From: Gammaproteobacteria bacterium
Lineage (GTDB): Bacteria; Pseudomonadota; Gammaproteobacteria; Natronospirales; REEB76
Direction: 5' to 3'
Assembly (NCBI GenBank): GCA_049591615.1
Contig: JBAWFD010000048.1
Location: 64,213 to 128,212 of the forward strand
Length of the DNA stretch: 64,000 nt
Shown here one piece after another: positions 37,481-45,940 of this stretch (position 1 is its first letter; each line of letters starts with the position of its first letter). The translations under genes and the position numbers were made by a program. Below the pieces are notes generated by a model. The model saw nothing but the letters and a program-made list of their open reading frames with translations. It had not been told where the DNA came from and searched no databases.

Positions 37481-39406
37481 TTATTTATTGGGTATGCAGC
37501 CCGGCTGACCCAATTGATTGGTCAATGTCACGAATGCAGCATTGCCACATAGCGGGTGCAGGCTGGGCCATACACTGATGAAGGGCACGAGGATACTGAC
37601 CGCACGCTGTTTAACCGTATCGTCAAGCACCGTGATCGCCTGTTGCGGCTGACCCAGATGCATATAGGCATCAGCTAGAAACACGGCGGTCAGTTTATCG
37701 GGTAAGTGGGTTGTCCAGGTCGCCACATACCATCGGAAGTAATTCACCAGTGCTTTCTGATTGCCCGTTTTAACCAATGCAATCTCGGTGGGCGATGCTC
37801 CTGCGTACTGCATTTCCACCACGGCTTGCTGGGTGGCTTCTGCATATCGGCTCTCACCCAGTAATGCCAGGATGAGCACATGCCGGGCAAGCTCATCTCC
37901 GGGCATCAGACTTACAGCTGTCTGGGCATATTGCTCGGCCTTATCAAATTGGCGGTCAATATAAAAAACCACGGCGGAATTGGAAGATATTCTCATGGAG
38001 ACTGGATCCAGGCTCTGCGCCATGAGCATCGCCTGGCGCATCTGCAAGTTATTCCCCAGGGCTGAAAAATAAGCGGCTTTGGCCTGCCAGGCCCAGGCAT
38101 TGCCCGGATTGTGTCGCAAGGCTTCCCTGATTTCCGAGCCAGCAGTTGTCAGATTCCAGTCAAAGAACATATCCAGCAAACCCTGCAGCAGATGCGCTTC
38201 TGAAGAATCATTATTTAGCTGCAGTGCCTTTTTTATCATTCCCCTGGCAGACTCGACTTGCTGGACAGACAGATCGTTCAATGCCAACAATGAACGTGCA
38301 GTACACGCGTAAGCAGCTGCGAATTGCGGATCGAGCGTCATGGCATGGTGGCAATAATCGCCGGCTTTGGCATAACTCCCTTGTACCAGCAGATAACGTC
38401 CCAGCTGGTAATCCAGCGCTGCCTGCCGGTTACTGGTGAATTCCAACGGTTTGATGCTGGCATCAGGCACCAGTAAAGCAGCTACATGGGTCGCGATCTG
38501 CACGATCGTTTGTTGATAGGCACTATTCTGATACTTGATATCGAGATCATAATCGTCGCCCCAGACATAGCTTTGGTCAGCTGTACGTATGAGCCGTGCC
38601 GCGATATGGATAAATTGTGGCTTTTGGGTGATGCTGCCTTCCAATACATAAGTTGCGCCAAGGTCCTGGCCGATGGTTCTTATGGTCATGTCGCCGGCCG
38701 CGAAGTGCATACTCGAGGTTTCGGCAATCACCCCCAATCGGTCGGGCGAGATCGGTCCGAGCATATCGATCAATTCGCTGGCGATGGATGCACCCAGGAT
38801 GGTATTCGTGGAATTAGTGGAGAGGTTGGCGAAAGGCAGTACCGCAATGACCGGGGTTTGGGCCGCGGGAAGTGCCTGAGTAAAGAATTGAACACGGTAT
38901 TTGTAGTGCGCGATAAGCCCGAGACTGACGGCCACCGCCAATAAAACAACCAATGCTAACAACAGTACCCAGGATCGTTTACGCTCAACTAAGACTGGAT
39001 CAGACTTCATTATCTGCGCCGATGGGGTTGTAGCCACAGGCCGGGTGACGGAACTATCTCCATCCACCACCGTAACCGGGAAAACAAACTTGTAGCCACG
39101 ACGCGATATGGTCTGTATATAGCGTGTGCCGGTGGTGCCATCATTCAGCGCGATGCGCAATTGGCGCATACAGGCGCTGATGCCCTCCTCGAACTCTACT
39201 ACGGTGTGGCTGCCCCATAGGCAGTTTCGGATTTCTTCCCTGGAAACAATGTTGTCAGCATGGCTTAGAAGCAGGGTCAGCAGTTTCGCCACCTGCGGGC
39301 GTAACAATACTGCCTTTTGGCCGTCTCGCAGTTCTCCGCTGCGCGGTTCAAACTCAAACTCACCAAAAACGTAGCGTGTGCGCGGTAAATCCGGTGTGAT
39401 ATCCAT
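37481..39406 (-). CDS. Membrane-anchored CadC/ToxR-like one-component regulator (OmpR/PhoB-type winged helix + TM + periplasmic TPR domain)
   Basis: 641 aa. N-terminal YVFGEFEFEPRSGELRDGQKAVLLRPQVAKLLTLLLSH...IQTISRRGYKF winged helix. TM helix WVLLLALVVLLAVAVSLGLIA. Long C-terminal TPR-like region. Confidence 0.8.
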   Translation of the reverse strand: MDITPDLPRTRYVFGEFEFEPRSGELRDGQKAVLLRPQVAKLLTLLLSHADNIVSREEIRNCLWGSHTVVEFEEGISACMRQLRIALNDGTTGTRYIQTISRRGYKFVFPVTVVDGDSSVTRPVATTPSAQIMKSDPVLVERKRSWVLLLALVVLLAVAVSLGLIAHYKYRVQFFTQALPAAQTPVIAVLPFANLSTNSTNTILGASIASELIDMLGPISPDRLGVIAETSSMHFAAGDMTIRTIGQDLGATYVLEGSITQKPQFIHIAARLIRTADQSYVWGDDYDLDIKYQNSAYQQTIVQIATHVAALLVPDASIKPLEFTSNRQAALDYQLGRYLLVQGSYAKAGDYCHHAMTLDPQFAAAYACTARSLLALNDLSVQQVESARGMIKKALQLNNDSSEAHLLQGLLDMFFDWNLTTAGSEIREALRHNPGNAWAWQAKAAYFSALGNNLQMRQAMLMAQSLDPVSMRISSNSAVVFYIDRQFDKAEQYAQTAVSLMPGDELARHVLILALLGESRYAEATQQAVVEMQYAGASPTEIALVKTGNQKALVNYFRWYVATWTTHLPDKLTAVFLADAYMHLGQPQQAITVLDDTVKQRAVSILVPFISVWPSLHPLCGNAAFVTLTNQLGQPGCIPNK

Positions 39407-39629
39407 ACACTTACTTACCAGTATCCTGACTACGTAACCAAGAGGACAAGACCATCATATCTCCGGCAACTGTGTTGGTGCGTTTAGACCCGCGGCTGGT
39501 TCTGGTTCTACATGTCTAGTCTGCTAGCCCGGCCTTTGTCATCTTTATAGCCCATGCTTTTGATAGGTACTGTGTATCAACAATAATTTATAAATGAATA
39601 ATAAAAGCCGCCCCCTATACGAGGGACCG

Positions 39630-40841
39630 CTATGTCCAAAGATGTATCTGCTTTAGCGGTGTGCCGGTGTTGAATAGCACGACTGTCTCATCATTCCTGA
39701 GCCAGCCGGAGTCCAGCAGCTGGGCCTGGGCTGCGAGGGTGGCGGCGCCCTCCGGGCCGGGGAAAACGCCGCTGCCAGCCGCCATGATGCGGGCATATTC
39801 GACCATCTGGCCATCACTCACCGTGACCCCAGTGCCGTGGCTCTCGCGCAGAACTTGCAGCATCAGGAAGTCGCCGATGGCGGAGGGCACCCTCAGGCCA
39901 TCAGCGACGGTCTTGGCGCTCACCCAGGGTTCCGCCCGTTGTGAACCCATGTGGAAGGCCTTGACGATGGGCGCACAGTTTTCCGCCTGCACACTCACCA
40001 TGCGCGGACGCTCAGGACCGATCAAACCCAGCTGTTGCAGTTCGGCGAAGGCTTTCCACATGCCGATCAGCCCGGTGCCGCCACCGGTCGGATAGATAAT
40101 GACATCCGGCAATCGCCAGTCGAGTTGCTCGGCCAGTTCGTAACCCATGGTCTTCTTGCCTTCGATGCGGTACGGCTCCTTGAGCGTGCTCACATCGAAC
40201 CAGCCATATCGCTCCACGCCTGCACGCACCTTGCGGGCGCAGTCGGTGATCAGGCCGTCGACCAGTTCCACGCGCGCACCATAGGCACGCGCCTCGGCTG
40301 CAAACGCGGGCGGCGCATCCTTTGGAATGAACACGTGCGCCTGAAGTCCGGCGGCCGCGCAGTAAGCGGCCAATGCGCTGCCGGCATTGCCAGCGCTGGG
40401 AATCGCTATGCTGTGCACACCCAACTCCCAGCCACGGCTCACCGCGAGCGCCAGACCACGGGCCTTGAAGCTGCCAGTGGGATTCAGGGATTCATCCTTG
40501 ACATAAGTGGCCGGGCAGCCGATGCGTGTGCCAAAACGGGTTTTCAACAACGGCGTCCAGCCTTCGCCCAGCGCCAGTCTGAAAGCATCATCCTGCAGCG
40601 GCAGCATTTCTTCATAGCGCCACAGATCCGTGCGCCGGGTTTTCAAGACTGGACGCGTAAGTGTCGTCGCGGCCTTCACCAGATCATAGCGTGCAAGTAA
40701 CGGCATACCGCAAGCAGTGCAAAGCTTCTGCAATTGATCGGCTGCGTGTCGAAGATTGCAAGCAGAACATTCCAGATCAATCAAACATGCTGCGGTCTTC
40801 ATAAAGAAATCCGCGTAGTACGACGTAGTGTTATAGGTCAT
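39630..40841 (-). CDS. thrC: Threonine synthase (short type with N-terminal Cys4 zinc-ribbon)
   Basis: 403 aa (start may be MKTAACL at 40802). CSAC...CTAC ribbon, PLP-lysine motif NPTGSFKARG, and Gly-rich loop PTGGGTGLIG. Confidence 0.85.
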   Translation of the reverse strand: MTYNTTSYYADFFMKTAACLIDLECSACNLRHAADQLQKLCTACGMPLLARYDLVKAATTLTRPVLKTRRTDLWRYEEMLPLQDDAFRLALGEGWTPLLKTRFGTRIGCPATYVKDESLNPTGSFKARGLALAVSRGWELGVHSIAIPSAGNAGSALAAYCAAAGLQAHVFIPKDAPPAFAAEARAYGARVELVDGLITDCARKVRAGVERYGWFDVSTLKEPYRIEGKKTMGYELAEQLDWRLPDVIIYPTGGGTGLIGMWKAFAELQQLGLIGPERPRMVSVQAENCAPIVKAFHMGSQRAEPWVSAKTVADGLRVPSAIGDFLMLQVLRESHGTGVTVSDGQMVEYARIMAAGSGVFPGPEGAATLAAQAQLLDSGWLRNDETVVLFNTGTPLKQIHLWT

Positions 40842-40885
40842 GGCCAGTGTAGCATGTGCTTGCGGAAACAGATGAGGGAAGATTC

Positions 40886-42766
40886 ATGTCCGCAGACATT
40901 TACTTCATTCTCGATTTCGACAGCACGTTGGTGCGGGTGGAAACGCTGGAACTCGCTGCGGAGCTGGTGGCCTTAGATGCCGGTTTACGCGAACGTATAA
41001 AGAACATTACCGACCAGGCCATGGCCGGTCGCATGGATTTCCGCAACGCTCTGAAAGAACGTCTGCAGCTATTGCACCTGCACCGTGATCTGTTGCCGAA
41101 ACTGATCGGGCGCCTGCGATCCGAGATCACCTCTTCGTTTGCCAGCAACCGCGCGTTCCTGGCAGCAAATGCTAGCCGCATCCATGTGGTGACCAGCGCC
41201 TTCCAGCAAGTAGTGACGCCCATAGTCGAGACGCTCGGGCTCAAAGCGGAGCACGTGCACGCCAATACTCTGATATTTGATAGCGCGGGTTACGTAAGCG
41301 GTGTGGATTGGAGCAATCCGCTCTCAGCAGACGACGGAAAGACGAAAACCGTGAAGTCGCTCAACCTGCCAGGTCAGATCGCGGTGGTCGGCGATGGCTG
41401 GAGCGATTATGAGATCTTCCAGGCCGGCGCCGCCATGCGCTTTTATGCCTTCACCGAGAATGTGCAGCGCAAACAAGTGATAAAAGCGGCTAAAAATATC
41501 GCGCCCAGCTTCGATGAAGTGTTGTACGACTGCGGTTTTCGCGCCGCGCTATCCTATCCCAAGAGCCGCCTCAAAGTACTTCTGCTGGAAAACATCCACG
41601 CGGATGCCATCGCAGCCTTCGAGCAGGAGGGGTACGTGGTCGAGAGCGTTGCCTGGAGTCTCGACGAAACACAGCTGGCTAAGCGGCTCGTGGACACAGC
41701 CATTCTCGGCATTCGCTCCAAGACCCAACTCACCGAAAAGGCGCTGGCTTCTGCTAAACGTCTGCTGGCGGTGGGCGCATTCTGCATCGGTACCAACCAG
41801 GTAGATTTGGTCGCCTGCGAGCATAAGGGCGTGGCAGTGTTCAACGCGCCGTTCAGTAACACGCGCTCAGTGGTAGAGCTGGCGCTGGCCGAAATTATCC
41901 TGCTGATGCGCGGCATACCCGAAAAACTGCGGCTCATGGACCGTGGTGTGTGGGACAAGTCTGCCAAGGCCGCCAGTGAAGTGCGTGGCAAACGCCTCGG
42001 CATCATCGGCTACGGCAACATCGGCATGCAGCTGTCGGTGCTGGCAGAGTCCCTGGGCATGGAGGTGTGCTTCTACGACGTAGCGGAAAAGCTCGCACTT
42101 GGGCGAGCGCGCAAATGCGCAACATTGACAGAATTGCTGGAAACCTCCGATGCAGTCACGGTGCACGTGGATGGCCGCCCGGAAAATACTGGCTTGATCG
42201 GTGCGCGTGAATTTGCCTGCATGCGGCCTGGTTCCGTATTCCTGAACCTGAGCCGCGGGCATGTGGTGGACCTGGAAGCCTTATACCAGCAACTCGATTC
42301 CGGGATGTTAAGAGGTGCGGCGGTGGACGTTTTTCCACAAGAGCCAGGCTCCAATGGCGAGCCTTTCGAGCAGGTATTGCGCCACTTGCCGAATGTGTTG
42401 CTCACGCCACACATCGGCGGCAGTACCCAGGAAGCCCAGCAGGACATCGGCCGCTTCGTCAGCGGCCGCCTTATCGACTTCATCAATACCGGCAGTACCG
42501 AGAACAGCGTCAATTTCCCGGCGCTACGGCTACCGCCCCAGGCGGAGGCTCACCGCCTGATCCATGTGCATGAGAACGTTCCCGGCATCCTGGCACAGAT
42601 AAACCGCGCGCTGGCCACCCATGGCGCCAACATCCTCGGCCAGTACCTCAAGACCCAGGAGCATATCGGTTATGTGATCACCGACATCAACCGCGATTAC
42701 TCGGAAGCGCTGCTGGAGGAGATCCGCGGAATTCCACACACATTACGCTTCCGTGTACTTTATTAA
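40886..42766 (+). CDS. serA: Fusion protein: HAD phosphoserine-phosphatase-like domain + D-3-phosphoglycerate dehydrogenase with ACT domain
   Basis: About 626 aa from MSADIYF. HAD motifs FILDFDSTL and VGDGWSD. PGDH part LLLENIHADAI..., Rossmann GIIGYGNIGMQ, catalytic TPHIGGST. C-terminal ACT-like RLIHVHENVPGILAQINRAL. Confidence 0.85.
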   Translation: MSADIYFILDFDSTLVRVETLELAAELVALDAGLRERIKNITDQAMAGRMDFRNALKERLQLLHLHRDLLPKLIGRLRSEITSSFASNRAFLAANASRIHVVTSAFQQVVTPIVETLGLKAEHVHANTLIFDSAGYVSGVDWSNPLSADDGKTKTVKSLNLPGQIAVVGDGWSDYEIFQAGAAMRFYAFTENVQRKQVIKAAKNIAPSFDEVLYDCGFRAALSYPKSRLKVLLLENIHADAIAAFEQEGYVVESVAWSLDETQLAKRLVDTAILGIRSKTQLTEKALASAKRLLAVGAFCIGTNQVDLVACEHKGVAVFNAPFSNTRSVVELALAEIILLMRGIPEKLRLMDRGVWDKSAKAASEVRGKRLGIIGYGNIGMQLSVLAESLGMEVCFYDVAEKLALGRARKCATLTELLETSDAVTVHVDGRPENTGLIGAREFACMRPGSVFLNLSRGHVVDLEALYQQLDSGMLRGAAVDVFPQEPGSNGEPFEQVLRHLPNVLLTPHIGGSTQEAQQDIGRFVSGRLIDFINTGSTENSVNFPALRLPPQAEAHRLIHVHENVPGILAQINRALATHGANILGQYLKTQEHIGYVITDINRDYSEALLEEIRGIPHTLRFRVLY

Positions 42767-42808
42767 GTAGGATTCACTTTAGTTTGCGTCTTCGTCGCTC
42801 CCAATCGA

Positions 42809-43843
42809 TCAATTCGGTGCTTCGGCAGGCGTGATTTCAACACTCAAGCGTTTCGCTTGCCGTAGTACATCCAAAGTCGTCGTCTCGCCAATCGGAAGCT
42901 CGCCAAGGGTGCGCTGCAAATCCGCGATGCTTGTCATGGGCCGGCCGGCAAGTTTCAAAACAATGTCCCCTGCACGCAGACCTGCTTTGGCAGCTGGTGT
43001 GTCTTTCTCAACACTCGCGACCTCGACGCCGCGGTCCGCGGCCAGATCAAGTGCGCGCACCCAGCGCCGGTCGAGTGGACGTTCACGACCGCCGATGCCA
43101 AGCCAACCACGCAGCACGCGTCCATGGGTCAGTAATTGCGAGAGCACCCATTGCGCGGTGTTCACCGGGATGGCGAAACCGATACCCTGCGCCATGGCGA
43201 TGATGGCGGTATTGATACCCATGACCCGGCCGCCGGAATCGAGCAACGCTCCACCGGAATTCCCGGGATTAAGCGGCGCTGTATGCTGGATCACATTTTC
43301 AATCAAACGGCCACTTTGTGTTGCCAGTGCGCGACCGAGTGCACTCACCACACCGCTGGATACGGACGAGGCATAGCCCAGCGGATTGCCAATAGCGATG
43401 ACCAGCTGGCCCGCCTGCAAGCCGTTGGAATCTCCGAGACAGGCGTAAGGCAGGCCATTGCCCTCGGCACGGATCACGGCCAGATCAGTAGCTGGGTCCA
43501 GCCCTACCAGCACCGCATTCACTTCATTACCATCAGTGAAATTCACCCTGAGGCGCTGGGCGCGCTCTACCACATGGTTGTTGGTGAGCAGATAGCCATC
43601 GGGTGCCACCAGTACTCCGGAGCCGGCGCCGGCGCGGCCACGTGCCGTCTCTACGCGGATGTTCACCACCGCGCTGCCTACGGTCGTGACTACGGCCACG
43701 ACTGCACGGGAATAGGCATCCAGCAACTGCCTGTCATCGGCATGCTCAAGCGCACCCGGCGCGGAGGGCTCACGGTGAATGTCAGAAGTTGGTATAAGTA
43801 GGTTCATAGCTGGATGCGCAGCGGACATGGATACCGGCAGCAC
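42809..43843 (-). CDS. S1C (HtrA/DegP-like) serine protease with one PDZ domain
   Basis: 344 aa. Catalytic contexts TNNHVV, D in PATDLAVI, GNSGGAL. C-terminal PDZ (GVEVASVEKDTPAAKAGLRAGDIVLKLAG). No clear N-terminal signal peptide. Confidence 0.85.
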   Translation of the reverse strand: MLPVSMSAAHPAMNLLIPTSDIHREPSAPGALEHADDRQLLDAYSRAVVAVVTTVGSAVVNIRVETARGRAGAGSGVLVAPDGYLLTNNHVVERAQRLRVNFTDGNEVNAVLVGLDPATDLAVIRAEGNGLPYACLGDSNGLQAGQLVIAIGNPLGYASSVSSGVVSALGRALATQSGRLIENVIQHTAPLNPGNSGGALLDSGGRVMGINTAIIAMAQGIGFAIPVNTAQWVLSQLLTHGRVLRGWLGIGGRERPLDRRWVRALDLAADRGVEVASVEKDTPAAKAGLRAGDIVLKLAGRPMTSIADLQRTLGELPIGETTTLDVLRQAKRLSVEITPAEAPN

Positions 43844-43921
43844 CGTCTGGTGTAAATTGGGGTATCGGACTCAATTTCAAGCGACTTTGTCAGCTTAACC
43901 TTTGGATAAGGAGACCGACGT

Positions 43922-44326
43922 ATGAGCACTGGATGGTTTTTAGCCGCTGTGATTATCGCGGCTGTACTGGCGTCACTGAGCGACTGGTTTTTCGGCGGCA
44001 TTCTGTTCCATGAGAAATACCGCGCAAATCCTGAAATCTGGCGCATGTCAGGTGGGAAAAGCGAAGGCTTGGCCATAGCCTGGTCCACGCTGCTGGGCGT
44101 GGTGACGTGCGCAGTGTTTATCTATCTGGCGGCACGTCTGAATATACTCGGCTGGATGGCGGTACTCGGCCTGGCGTTCGGTGTCTGGCTACTGGCACCA
44201 CTGCCTTTGCTGATCACCAATGCACTGTTCATCAAAATCCACCCTCTGAACACGCTCTCCAATGCCCTCGGCTGGCTGGTAAAGTTGCTGATCTGCGCGG
44301 TCGCCACCCATCTATTCCTGGCTTAG
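43922..44326 (+). CDS. DUF1761-like small membrane protein (second paralogue)
   Basis: 134 aa, 4 TM helices. SDWFFGGILFHEKY motif parallels GGIWYSPMLFARAW of 25277-25675. Confidence 0.5.
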   Translation: MSTGWFLAAVIIAAVLASLSDWFFGGILFHEKYRANPEIWRMSGGKSEGLAIAWSTLLGVVTCAVFIYLAARLNILGWMAVLGLAFGVWLLAPLPLLITNALFIKIHPLNTLSNALGWLVKLLICAVATHLFLA

Positions 44327-44363
44327 GTAACGACGGCCACCGTTGTAATCAAGGAGATCGTGT

Positions 44364-44849
44364 ATGTCCGAGGATAATGCTCAACCAGGCTCCGCTGGTA
44401 TCCGGTTTCCGCCACCACTGTACTACCTCATCGGCCTGATGGTGGGTTACGGGATTCACTGGTTATTCCCAATCAAGTTGAGCAGGCCAGAACACAATCT
44501 GATCATTTATACCTTCGGCATAATCTGGATACTGTTAGGTATGTCGCTGACGGGCTGGTCATTACTTACATTTCGCCAGGCCGGCACCAGTCCCAATCCC
44601 ATACGCCCTTCCAGTACTCTGGCGTTGCAAGGTCCCTACAGCCTTTCACGTAATCCAATGTACCTCGGAGTGGGCATGGTTTGTGTGGGCATCAGCCTGC
44701 TCTCGAACATGCTGTGGCCCTTGCTGTCGGTCCCAGTGGTACTGGTGATCGTGGACCGTGTCGTGATCCGCAAAGAGGAGCGTTATCTGGAAACGAAATT
44801 CGGTGACGAGTACCGGCAGTACAAAAAGCGCGTTCGGCGATGGGTTTGA
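44364..44849 (+). CDS. ICMT/PEMT-family membrane methyltransferase
   Basis: 161 aa, TM-rich. SRNPMYLG and EERYLETKFGDEYRQYKKRV C-terminal signature. Confidence 0.75.
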   Translation: MSEDNAQPGSAGIRFPPPLYYLIGLMVGYGIHWLFPIKLSRPEHNLIIYTFGIIWILLGMSLTGWSLLTFRQAGTSPNPIRPSSTLALQGPYSLSRNPMYLGVGMVCVGISLLSNMLWPLLSVPVVLVIVDRVVIRKEERYLETKFGDEYRQYKKRVRRWV

Positions 44850-44980
44850 ATACCATTAACTCACTCATTCCACCGTTAAAAATGCACCAGTTTGTGACGA
44901 ACAATATGCAGATTCATCTCCACCAAACTGTCATCAAAAACGGCTATGCTTAACTCAGCAGCCATCCGAGGGAATTAACC

Positions 44981-45397
44981 ATGTTGCACCGTAAGAACGT
45001 CCGCAAGATAGGCATGAAGCTCATCGCCGGCGTCGAAGACGCTGGCTTGTTCTTGATCCTGATCGGCACCATCGTTGCCATCGGCCAGGAGATCTGGCGG
45101 ATGCTGGCGGTCCACCGGGTGGAGCTGACCGATCTGCTTCTGCTGTTCATCTTTCTGGAAGTCATTACCATGGTGGAAAGTTACTGGCGGCTGGGCAAGT
45201 TGCCGGTGCGCATCCCACTTTATATTGCCATGGTAGCGTTGGCGCGCTATCTGATCCTCGATACCGCGGACGCCCACGACGTGCATGCGCTGTTCATCAC
45301 CGGCGCCATCCTGATACTGGCGCTCACGGTGTTCGTAATCCGATTTGGTCATTTGAAATACCCGTATCAGGAACAGGATGGCTCGGCGGATTATTAA
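44981..45397 (+). CDS. psiE: PsiE-family (phosphate-starvation-inducible E) membrane protein
   Basis: 138 aa, 4 TM helices. GQEIWRML...LLLLFIFLEVITMV and ALARYLIL resemble PsiE. Confidence 0.6.
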   Translation: MLHRKNVRKIGMKLIAGVEDAGLFLILIGTIVAIGQEIWRMLAVHRVELTDLLLLFIFLEVITMVESYWRLGKLPVRIPLYIAMVALARYLILDTADAHDVHALFITGAILILALTVFVIRFGHLKYPYQEQDGSADY

Positions 45398-45412
45398 AGG
45401 AGTTCAAGTACT

Positions 45413-45721
45413 ATGGATAGCACGATTCGAGACAACAAGGAGCTCAGACGCTATGAGCTGGAGAAAGATGGCAAGATCGCTTTCGTCAAGTACACCCGAA
45501 AACCTGGCATCATCACCTTCATGCATGCGGAAGTGCCCGAGGAACTATCCGGCCATGGCATAGGCACTACCCTGGTGCGCGGAGTGCTCGATATCGCCCG
45601 TGCCAATGGCGATAAAGTCATTCCGATATGTCCGTTCATTGCCGCCTACATGCGGCAGCACAAAGAAACCCAGGATCTGCTGGCAGATCCGGCCTATCTG
45701 GAAATCCATGCAACAAAGTGA
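45413..45721 (+). CDS. Small GNAT-fold N-acetyltransferase (YjdJ-type)
   Basis: 102 aa. RYELEKDGKIAFVKYTRKPGIITFMHAEVPEELSGHGIGTTLVRGVLDIARANGDKVIPICPFI. Confidence 0.7.
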   Translation: MDSTIRDNKELRRYELEKDGKIAFVKYTRKPGIITFMHAEVPEELSGHGIGTTLVRGVLDIARANGDKVIPICPFIAAYMRQHKETQDLLADPAYLEIHATK

Positions 45722-45940
45722 AAGTAAAATTAAGGGGAAATTCCTTCTTGTAGTGACCCGCTGCGCTCACCGTCTTAGTAGCCATGCCAAGCCCTAGTAG
45801 CGCGGCATTTAATGCGCCTTCTCCGATTTTGACTCCCATCATCTTGACATAACCACGATCAGCAGCTGATGGTCGGATCCATGATATGGAGTACGCCACA
45901 GCTGTGACCGCGGTTAGTTGCAGAAATTACCATCCGTCGT

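Noticed and set aside
39600-39629. Intrinsic terminator for thrC (minus strand CCCTCGTATAGGG followed by GGCGGCTTTTATTATT).
   Set aside because: The stem is only 4 bp with mismatches beyond, and the U-tract is separated from the stem. This is too weak to call.
44928-44934. CTGTCAT Pho-box half-site 47 nt upstream of psiE.
   Set aside because: Only one 7-mer is present. The positions 11 nt up- and downstream do not match the second half of a PhoB site, so one heptamer is within chance expectation.
45636-45899. 87-aa minus-strand ORF between the GNAT gene and the TonB receptor.
   Set aside because: It overlaps the 3' end of the GNAT gene by about 85 nt, has no motif, and is better explained as spacer plus shadow frame.
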